The translations under genes were made by a program, and so were the position numbers. This document shows, piece after piece, positions 54,561 through 64,000 of a stretch of 64,000 nt of DNA (positions within the stretch are counted from its first letter, which is position 1; every line of letters begins with the position of its first letter). Source of the DNA: Chrysomallon squamiferum. Lineage: Eukaryota; Animalia; Mollusca. Below the pieces are notes generated by a model. The model was not told the DNA's origin, made no database searches, and saw nothing but the letters and a program-made list of their open reading frames with translations. The DNA lies in contig CM022667.1 of the NCBI GenBank assembly GCA_012295275.1, positions 3,844,001 through 3,908,000 of the forward strand, read 5' to 3'.

Positions 54561-55081
54561 ATTTTTCTATTAATAACCATAAGATATTTTGTTGTTGTTA
54601 TTATTTATTCTTTCTATTCTTAAATATAATTTTCTTTCCTTGTTTTATTTTTATGCAAAATAAGCCTATCATTAATAAATACGAATTATATTATCACATT
54701 ATATTGGCTAACTTACCAGTCTTAGAAATTGATCGATTTCTGCGGATTTTCATTATTATTAATAATATTATACAATTATTATATAATTTTATTAATAACC
54801 TTATTAAAAGACAAAAAAATAAAAATAAAATAAAATTAAATTAAAAATTAAAAAATTAAAAAAAAAGAACAAACAAACCCATACGAATTACAGCCACATT
54901 TTAGCGTCCACCCATTTCAGTGTTTCCAGGTAGAGAGATATTTATTTATTTATTTATTTATTGATAATTTTCTGCAATGGCTGTATGCTGGTAGAAGAAA
55001 ACTAACCACGGTATCGTGGTCAGAAGGTACAGAAGTCCATAGACACTTTTTAGCTGGAAATTGCATAAGGAAACATTAATA

Positions 55082-55231
55082 CAGGTACCGGTCCAATTAT
55101 CCGGAAAGACCAGAAAACCGGGAAGTTCTTTTCCGACGCTATTTCCATAGTTCGCACGCGCGGGTGTTGTCCTCGCCAGACCGGAACTGCTCTTTGGCCC
55201 CAAGGAGTCCGGATAATTGGTCCGGTACCTG
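55082..55231. mobile_element. 150-bp MITE of Tc1/mariner/pogo type
   Basis: 24-bp TIRs caggtaccggtccaattatccgga / tccggataattggtccggtacctg (1 mismatch); TA on both sides (55080-81, 55232-33). Confidence 0.85.
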
Positions 55232-55499
55232 TATTGAAATCTGCGTTCTCCGTTAACACGAAAATTTGCGTCGATCGATATTAATGCGCAGGCGCAGAGG
55301 CACTGTCGTCAGGTTGACTTAACAAGATCAAGTTCTGGTGTATGTGTTAGTACATTTTTCATTCGGGCTTATAGATTCATAATTATGGCATAGTTTATTA
55401 CTATATCATTCAATTTGTTACTCATTTTTATTTACCGTTTTCATGACTCTTTACACATTAATAATAAGATAAACAATAAAAAATAGAATGAAGAAAAAA

Positions 55500-55535
55500 G
55501 AACACCGTTAATGCTAAACTTTTCATTTTATTAAT
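55500..55535 (-). terminator. Probable poly(A) signal of FoxH
   Basis: AATAAA on - strand at 55527-55532 followed by a T/GT-rich downstream tract; about 600 nt after the stop. Confidence 0.45.
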
Positions 55536-56121
55536 AAATGAAAATAAAATAAAATACAGCTTGTTATTTCATATGTTCTACAGATTAACTAAACAGCACT
55601 ACTACTATTGTAGAAACATACGTATGCAGTCATCTGAGAAAGTACACACGCACCATTATGATCCAATACAACCAGAAAAAGTTCTAATGGAGAAACTATA
55701 ATATTGGAATGTTCATTTTAGTGTATAATTCAAACTAATTTGAAGAAAAATATAAAACAAATAATAAAATAATAACAAAATATAAAATGTTTACTCCGTA
55801 ATTCTTTAACATGAAACGATGATCATTATGTTTGGAAAAATGTTTTTAAAAATAATAATAATAATAATAAATAAACAAAGTAGATCAAGGTGATTACGTT
55901 CTCTTTACGGGGATCTGTTGAAAGACGTCTTTATGACTACCGATCCTGCGAACTAATTACATTACATCAGAATATTTTCATTCACGTTTACCGCCCACGA
56001 AGCCAACAAATTCAGATTCTGTGTATTCAAAGCCTCCGGCAAAGCGTAAGTCCTTTCAGATCCGGAATTATTTTCCGAAGAATTCAAAAACATCCGGTTT
56101 GCATATTGACAGAAATACGCG

Positions 56122-57540
56122 TCATTTGGACAACTGGGTAGCTGAGTCTTCTATATCCTGCAGGCTGACGTACGGAGACATCGGCGATGGCTCTCCGAAA
56201 GAACACGATGCAGCAGAGGTCGTTCTGTCGGACGACAACTGCGACAAACAAGACGGAGACTGGAAGGGCGACCTACTATGTTCGTGCGAAAAGACTGACA
56301 TTGGGGACGGCAGAGTTTGGTGGTTTTGAGCACCTGCTGGACACTGGGATGACACGTAATTGCACATTTCTTCTGACGTCACAGTAGCTACTGCATGATT
56401 GTGTTGTTGGTAATAACCGCTGCAATGTTTAGATGCGTTTGAAGCTGAATTTTGAAATTCGACAGTATTTGGCTGTGGGTATCTTTCTGGGTTCTCGTGT
56501 GGAAAATACATACACGTGTCTCGGTGTCTCTGGTCAGGTGGTTTGTTAGTCGGTAAAGTAAAACAGGATCCGCTTGACTTGTACCTCCTCGCTGGTGTGA
56601 GATCCATGGGTTCGGGATAACTGTCATCTTTGACACGGCTGTGGACTTGTGGAGGAAAACTCTGAAACGGTTGTCTTGGAGACGTGGGCTGAGTTGTCCA
56701 TGATCGGTGCAGGTTTGGCGGAGTTCCGTAGTTAGCCGGTGGGCAAAGTCGTCTGAGATTTTCAACAGCCGAATTCTGGTAACCGTGGCTCTGCGACGCT
56801 GTGTCCTTTAGCAACGACAGCAGATGGGGGTTAGCTGGTAATACGGGCCCAGGGAAAAGAAACCTAGACACGTGTTTGTTTTGTTGTTGCAGACAGTAGC
56901 GACTGGAATCCATTTTGTCAGCGTTCAAATCAGACTCCTCGACCTTTACTTCCGTTTTGAGAATCGTCTCGATTTTAAAGTTTTTAACACCAGTTTTCAA
57001 ACTCGATTTTTCTATCCCTTCTGTGCTGAGCTTGGAGGAGGAAGTAAGATCCAAGCCTGGTCTCAAGTTAGAAATGTAATCCACACTTGGCTGCGAGTCG
57101 AGATTAACCGGTGCTAAATGTAATTGTTCTTGAAGAGTTTTCGCCCAGGAAACCGAATTAATGTGTTTAGACGCCTGCCTCTTAAAGGCATCATCAGGGA
57201 CTTTAGTCAAGTCTACCATCCAGTAGTTCCCTTTTGGGTGCATTTTACTTTTCGATTCTCTCGTCACTTTGTAGAAGCAGGAGTTGTGAGTTAGGTTGTG
57301 ACGCACCGAGTCCTTCCACCCTGTGTACACGCCTGTGAAAAACGGAAACATTTCTTTGAGAGCCGCATGGACCGCGCCCAGAGTTAGTCTGCGCCCGGGG
57401 GCTGATTCAATAGCCACTGCGACCATCCCGAGGTAGGAATATGGCGGCTTGTTGTAGCGTCGATAGGTGGCGTTCCTTCTTGTGCCGTTTGAGCGAATCT
57501 TTCGCAGTTTCTCTGACTTGATAGGACCAATGAATTCCAT
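56122..57540 (-). CDS. FoxH1: FoxH (FoxH1/FAST-like) forkhead transcription factor, 472 aa, single coding exon
   Basis: Forkhead domain YRRYNKPPYSYLGMVAVAI...FPFFTGVYTGWKDSVRHNL...KGNYWMVDLTKVP has FoxH-class features (FPFF..Y.GWKDS.RHNL, KGN.W.VD...P). The extra 25 aa of the ORF track are (TTTA)n intron; tttgcag acceptor leaves ATA-ATG. Confidence 0.92.
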   Translation of the reverse strand: MEFIGPIKSEKLRKIRSNGTRRNATYRRYNKPPYSYLGMVAVAIESAPGRRLTLGAVHAALKEMFPFFTGVYTGWKDSVRHNLTHNSCFYKVTRESKSKMHPKGNYWMVDLTKVPDDAFKRQASKHINSVSWAKTLQEQLHLAPVNLDSQPSVDYISNLRPGLDLTSSSKLSTEGIEKSSLKTGVKNFKIETILKTEVKVEESDLNADKMDSSRYCLQQQNKHVSRFLFPGPVLPANPHLLSLLKDTASQSHGYQNSAVENLRRLCPPANYGTPPNLHRSWTTQPTSPRQPFQSFPPQVHSRVKDDSYPEPMDLTPARRYKSSGSCFTLPTNKPPDQRHRDTCMYFPHENPERYPQPNTVEFQNSASNASKHCSGYYQQHNHAVATVTSEEMCNYVSSQCPAGAQNHQTLPSPMSVFSHEHSRSPFQSPSCLSQLSSDRTTSAASCSFGEPSPMSPYVSLQDIEDSATQLSK

Positions 57541-57552
57541 TATCTGCAAAAA

Positions 57553-57592
<40 letters not shown>

Positions 57593-57623
57593 AAAGATGT
57601 AAAATAATTAACCACTTATGAAA

Positions 57624-57656
<33 letters not shown>

Positions 57657-58833
57657 GTCTTATTAGCAGCGGTGAACATTTACATGTGCACCTTCCCGTG
57701 GAAAGTAAAGAATATACTACGACTTTTACTGATGATGAAGATTATTATAAATAAATACATTGTATGCCGCCTGTATGAATGCCAGCATGTAAGTTAAATG
57801 AAATGAGAAAGGGCGGAGACTCCCTCTCCCTCCAAAAAAAAAACAATAAATAATAATAATAATAATAAATAAAAATAAAGTAATAAAAGACTAATTACCA
57901 GTAATAATAATAATAATAAAAATAATAATAATAATAATTCTTTTTTCTTTTTCTATTTTTTTTTCCAGTATAGGCACCCGCAAGCAATTCTAAAACTTTA
58001 TATTGTTTTTGTATGATAAAGAACTGGAGAGAGAGAGATTATTTATCTCTATATTATTTATTATCATTATTATGTTTGTTTGGTTCTTCTTTTTTTTTCT
58101 TTTTAATTTGTTGTGCAATACTTTATCTGACGCGCACAAAGTTACAGACAAAGAATACTACACACATACATACATATGTCAGTGGGTTTTGACGATTAAT
58201 CCGAAGATAACCGAAAAGTCTAAGACTAATTTATTTAATTACTACTGTGATTCAAGCAATTGTTTCTCAACTGTTTAAAAAAGGGCTGCAAACTGAAATG
58301 TTACACATGCGTGGCCAATCGTAAAATAAGCGATAGGGGCAGCAGCGGCCAAAAAATCTTCCCACTTTACACCGGTCCGTGTCTAAATCATAAATATTAA
58401 ATAACATTAGATTTATATACACAGCTACATAATTAATATTACTACCCGATACACCCGCAATGATACTATAAATACTGATTGATAAATAACATTCATTCTT
58501 TTTATAACGATCTACGTAAAACACCAACACATTTACATCACAATCAGTTATTTATAATATCCAGAAGTCATTAAAATAATTTTTTCAATGTCTACTTTTC
58601 AAAAAATGTCTGCATGGATTAACCACTAGTAAATTCGACATTCCGACATTACTATATCAGTATTGCTCCGGCGGCCATGATAAAAACAGTTAAATATATA
58701 TTTTTTTATCTTAATAACTTAAAATACTGCTTTATTTCCATTTTATTATCGCTTTTACCTAATACCGATTTCCTTTCAAAAAACAGTTAACTTTTTAGAT
58801 ATTTTTTCTTTTTAATGACCATTTAATGGTTGA

Positions 58834-58879
<46 letters not shown>

Positions 58880-59191
58880 GTAGTAGTAGTAGTAGTAGTT
58901 GTAGTAGTTGTAGTAGTAGTAGTAGTAATAATAATAGTAGTAGTAATATCAACAACAATAATCAGCGATGGAAATGGGGAAGTATGCAGAGAAACAATAT
59001 AAAAGTTATAACTTTGTTCGACCTTATTAATATTAATTAATATTATAGTTTACTGACGTTTAATATTAATTAATATTATAATTCACTATAATTTATTACA
59101 ACGATTTCTCACGGAGAGGCTTAAAACATCTACTCCCCTCCTTCTCCTAGTTTATTCCTAAATGGCATTTCTACCACTGATGATGATGATG

Positions 59192-59251
<60 letters not shown>

Positions 59252-59569
59252 CTGCTGAAAGTTACAAAAAGCTACTAAAGAATGGGTTAACTAAAAACTT
59301 GCTATCAAAAAACGAATTTTAAAATTATTTTACAGCTGTCACAGTACTTACTAAATGTAAAGCTGCATGCAGTTCTTTCTGATTTTTCCAGTCTTGGACT
59401 CGCTACTTATTATTGTAATAACATGGAATGATTTTACCATGGATCAAAATTATCGCTTAGTTTCAGTCTTCGAGGACTGTACCTATAATAGAACGGGGGT
59501 TTATCAGGCAAGATGAAAAACAGATTAAAAGATTTATAAATGAGATTTAACAACAACAACAACAACAAC

Positions 59570-59611
<42 letters not shown>

Positions 59612-59639
59612 TTTTTGTGGTTTGTTTATTTAGATAACT

Positions 59640-59841
59640 GAATATTTTGTATATTTTTCAAAATCAGTTTTGACGTAAACTACTTACAACATCCTCATAA
59701 ATAAAATGGAAACGTCTGACTTTTAACCAATCAGAAACGTCTTGGTGACAGTCAGAGATCTCAAACTGAATTCTTTGATGGTGTTAAAAGTTCCGAACGT
59801 CAACCGACTGAGTCGCCGCGACTCGAGATACAAAGGGTTAA
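59640..59841. mobile_element. One end of a TTAA-specific (piggyBac-like) non-autonomous element
   Basis: Ends in caaaggg-TTAA with a subterminal palindrome gagtcg-ccg-cgactc; matching other terminus not found. Confidence 0.4.
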
Positions 59842-59983
59842 CGCAATCAACAACTGCAAATTGCAGACTTTACGTCTGCTAGCGCAGAATCTCAAACACT
59901 TGTTTTCCTCTGATGGTGTTATTTGGAGAGGCGAATGTGTACTGGTGTATGTATATTCTTAGATTTTAATTTGCATTTATCTT

Positions 59984-60037
<54 letters not shown>

Positions 60038-60184
60038 GTTGTTGTTTTTGTTGTTGCGACTGTTATTGTTACTGTTAATATATTTGTATTAAGTTCATCA
60101 TTACTATTACTGTTTTATTATTACTACTTCTTTATTGTTAATACTGCTTCTGCTTCATTTGTTTATTTCTGTTTCATTTCTTAA

Positions 60185-60218
<34 letters not shown>

Positions 60219-61253
60219 TTCCTCTTTTTAAAAAAATTGTGTATTCGATTTTTTTTCCACATTTACCATAAGGGTTTGGGATATTGTCTCCTGGGATTTT
60301 GTATCCGCTCCTTTTTTTCTTTCTTTTTTTTTAATAATTCGTTTTACATAATTTATAACAGGCCTCTCTCTATAAGAGGAATTTCTAAAAAAATAAAAAT
60401 AAAAAAATAAAAAAATAAAACAAATAATAATAAAAAATAAATAAAATGTTTTACTTAATATGAAGTAATAATAAAATAAATAATATAATATTTATATATT
60501 TAAAACTTAGTAATTAAACAAACCAATTTCTAAGCAATTTGTTGTGTGATTAAACATTTCTTAAAAAATATAAATCACTGAAATTCATTTGCAAGTCGAG
60601 TTTTTGTTTTTTGGTAAAATGTATTTATAATCATTTCCCCCCTCCCCCGTTTTCTTAGACTATTTTAAAAATAAGTTATTATTGTTCACAGTAAACAGTA
60701 ATAATAAATAAATAAACGAATGATTAAATTGCACCAAAAACAGTTTCTTGAATTTGTTTGCTAGAAATAATAAAACCCAGAATAAAAATTAAAATCAACT
60801 GGATTAAATTAATAATAATTAACAAAAGGATTTTTCAAACTTTTCGTGTTTTCCGCGGAACTGTTTGTGAATTTCGTAACCTCATTTCTGTCGGAGACGA
60901 ATCATTTCCGAGTGCAGATTCGCCGGTCTTTTTTCGTAACGTCGTTTAAGTTAAACAGTTTTTAAAACTTTAGGAAATTACTATAAGAAATTGTGTGAAT
61001 GTGTATTTAAAAAAACACCTCAAAATCCGATAATTTAAAAAAAAAAAAAATACATATATATATATATATATATATATATGTATTTTTCTTTCTTTTTTTC
61101 TTTTTTAAATTAACTATAACTAATCCATTTTTTATTTTATATACCTTTGCTCTCAAAAGAATATTAGTTACTGAAGTGGTTTGCAATATCATCTATTGCT
61201 TTCTGTTCTAAATATAGCTTTACATCTGTATATCTATAGGAACATTATATCGA

Positions 61254-61287
<34 letters not shown>

Positions 61288-62719
61288 ATAAAAAAGAATA
61301 AAAAATTCATATTGGGAAGTGGAAGACAGATCAAAAACCATTATACCTTAATTATTAAGCTGAACCCAGACAACAGTTCTACGAAGCCTTTCTTTAACGT
61401 AGCCTAACTGAGCCAGATTCAAGAAATCACACTATACTCAGTACAATATGACTTTGTTTCATGTAAATTCTTTTTTCTCTGCTGCCCGATTGTGCTTTAT
61501 CAAAAGCCCTGACAGAGCTAATAATTCATTCGTTCGTTCCTGTGATCGTATTTTTTTAGTTCCAGCCACAAGTTTATCAAAAGAACGTGTACATTTATTT
61601 CTTATTATGGCCTGAGCTCCACGATTGGGTTTATTAAAAAAATCATGGTGTATGGTTACAAAGTGTTATGGCTGCTTTACTTAAATTATCTCATTGCAAA
61701 TTGAAAAGTTCATGTGTCTGGTGCCAATGGTTGTGTCAGGAAAGTGCTGATTTTAAAATGTGTTTCTTTAAACAGTTTTCCTTCATTTCAGTAATCAGAA
61801 AAATCACATTAAAGAAGGTGTTCTTCCCCAAATATTTAGTAGTTAACTGAATAATATATATACAAAAAATGAAATAAATGAATAAATAAATAATAATAAT
61901 AATAATAATAACAAGAATAAGACACAACTATATAAAAGCAAAAGAGAGAAAAAAAAGCAATGACCAATAATGCCCATAAATGCAACAAAGACAAAACCAA
62001 AACAACAAATGACAACAAAATAATTTTTTTTTTTTAAATTTTATTTCCATTGAAATAATGTATAATTTTATGTATATATATATATTTCTATAAATATATA
62101 ATATGTATTTCATTTTTTCTTTCAAAAATATGTTTTTCTTCATTGAACATAAACTTATAATACAAAGATGCTAATAAATAAAAACATTTATTCCAAAAGT
62201 TTCATAAATAAATAAATATATACGATATATATATAATATCTTCAGTTAAATAATAATATAAATGCATAGGCTATCTTAGTGCTTGGAGACATAAATATGT
62301 ACATAAGAAATAACTTTAACACAATCAATTAGAATTATTAATAATACATCATGTACTGTAATAATAACAATAATAATAATTTTGTATATCAAATGCAATT
62401 AAGCATTGGCAAGACCATTAAGAAGCAGGACTCATGTTTGTTTTGTATTTTTATAAATTTCTGGTAATGATTTGTCCTTGTACTGAAATAAAAGCTAGTT
62501 TTCTTTGTAAGAAATAATCATTTTTTTTCCCCTTTAAGTCCATTTAAAACATACAGTGTAATTGCAAATTACTAAAAAGAAGAAGAAGAAAAAACATTCC
62601 TGCAACACTAAATTCAAATATTATTATTACATATGTATATTCTTAATTTCCTGAAGTCAAAAAATTTACTGATATGTAAAAGAAAAGAAGAAGAAAATAG
62701 TAACAACATAAAAGCTTAC

Positions 62720-63207
62720 TCTGTTAGTTACAAATTTTACTTTTTTGAAAATTATCTGTGATATGGGCAGGCTTCAAAAATGTCCTTCACTGAAAATGGT
62801 AACATTAAAATAATATTTTAACATACACCAGCGTCACAGTAAAACACTCACCAGAGAGAAAACAATGGCGGCATTTTCGTAATCTGAAAAAATATAAATA
62901 TAACCCTGTTATTTTTAGTACTACACCTACTTTTACCTTCATGTAATACATTTCATTTAAAATTTTAAAATTCAATATTTCTATATATTTAAGATTAGTG
63001 GAATTAAAAATAAAATAAAATAATAATTATAATAATTTTTTTAAAATGCTTCACTGTCAGTTAATATTGAATTACAACCTTTCTTAACTTCAAATTAATG
63101 ACTGTTAAATTTCAGGAAATAAATAACATATTATTGAAATAATCAAATTCTGTGTTAAGTAATTTAAACTGACCAGATCTATGCATTTTATCATGCACAA
63201 ACCATCA
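62720..63207 (-). other. Chain of three small exons (63207-63174, 62883-62852, 62789-62720) of an unidentified - strand transcript
   Basis: Each has a tttcag-type acceptor and a gtcagt, gtgagt or gtaagc donor; one frame reads DGLCMIKCIDLITKMPPLFSLCEGHF*. Confidence 0.45.
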
Positions 63208-64000
63208 CTGAAATCAGAAATCTTTTTAATTGTACTTTGAGCAAAATTAAAAAAAAATTTAAATCATAATTGTAAAAAATTATTTGGCATAAACAGAAAT
63301 CTGTTTTGTTATCATGGACAGTTATTGAAATCTGTATATCTGTAATGTATTTAGTATAGAAAATATTAAAAGCAGAATTATTTTTTATTCAGCATCAACA
63401 TAATTAAATTCAGCAAATGTGTTTGTTTTGTTATCATACAGTTACAGAAATTTGTAAATCCATACTGTATTCAGCACAGAAAGCATTAAAACCACCATTA
63501 TTTTTTTATTTTTATTTTTATATAAAGAATTAAAATTAATTAAAAAAATGTATATTGTATTCTGTGGAGAAAAATAATGAAATAATAATTATTCAACATA
63601 AATCATAAATAAATTCAGTAAATCTGTTTGTGACCTTCAGAAAAGATAACGAACTGCAAATTAATTTTATACTGCACAAAATGAAAAATGAAAATATTAG
63701 TGTCACAAAAAAAAAAAATCATTTAAAATAATAATTCAACAAAAACAATTATTTGTAACAATATAAATAAATCTGGAAAATATAAAAATGTTATTTTAAT
63801 AATTTAATTTATAAAGATAATGTTGAACTATGAAATAAATAAATTTAAGATTACAAAGAAAGTAAAAAGAAAACATAATTGTCAAAAAACAAACATTTTA
63901 AATGAAACTGTTAATGTTTTAAATTATGTTCAGAATGTCTTCTGTGTTTGGAACTCTAAAAACTGAAAACTAAATGATGTGAATTATTTAGTTAACTACA

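Noticed and set aside
54960-55075. Short hairpin accacg-gtat-cgtggt as a possible snRNA or Helitron end
   Set aside because: Only a 6-bp stem; no match to snRNAs I recognise and no CTRR terminus at the expected distance
55890-57117. ORFs antisense to or overlapping FoxH
   Set aside because: Shadow frames of a GC-richer coding exon and its UTR; no recognisable motifs
57541-57615. N-terminal extension MVNYFTSLLFIYLF... of the 497-aa ORF
   Set aside because: (TTTA)n intronic sequence ending in a tttgcag acceptor; non-ATG start
61300-63700. snoRNAs in the introns of the micro-exon transcript
   Set aside because: No convincing C box (RTGATGA) and D box (CTGA) pair with terminal stem found by eye; a covariance-model search would be needed

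Overview
AT-rich, microsatellite-dense animal genomic DNA, probably a lophotrochozoan such as a mollusc (inferred from the FoxH gene and the repeat landscape). Almost all ORFs in the track are simple-repeat artefacts. Two real genes sit tail to tail. (1) A + strand MTG8/ETO/CBFA2T/nervy-family transcriptional corepressor with 9 reconstructable coding exons (38452-50796; 566 aa from the MPDSP methionine; NHR1/TAFH, NHR2, NHR3, MYND/NHR4). It has about 38 kb of upstream/intronic DNA with several candidate alternative first exons and E-box/Su(H) clusters, and a roughly 3.7 kb 3' UTR with conserved-miRNA seed matches. (2) A - strand FoxH (FoxH1/FAST-like) forkhead gene whose 472-aa CDS is one exon (56122-57540), carrying EH1 and CtBP-type motifs but no canonical PPNKS Smad-interaction motif. 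Also present: a decayed Tigger/pogo element, a 150-bp TA-flanked MITE, a TTAA-terminated element end, an intronic fold-back minisatellite, an 86-nt intronic hairpin, many minisatellites, and a chain of - strand micro-exons at the right edge from an unidentified transcript. I found no clearly new biological system; the best leads are regulatory.
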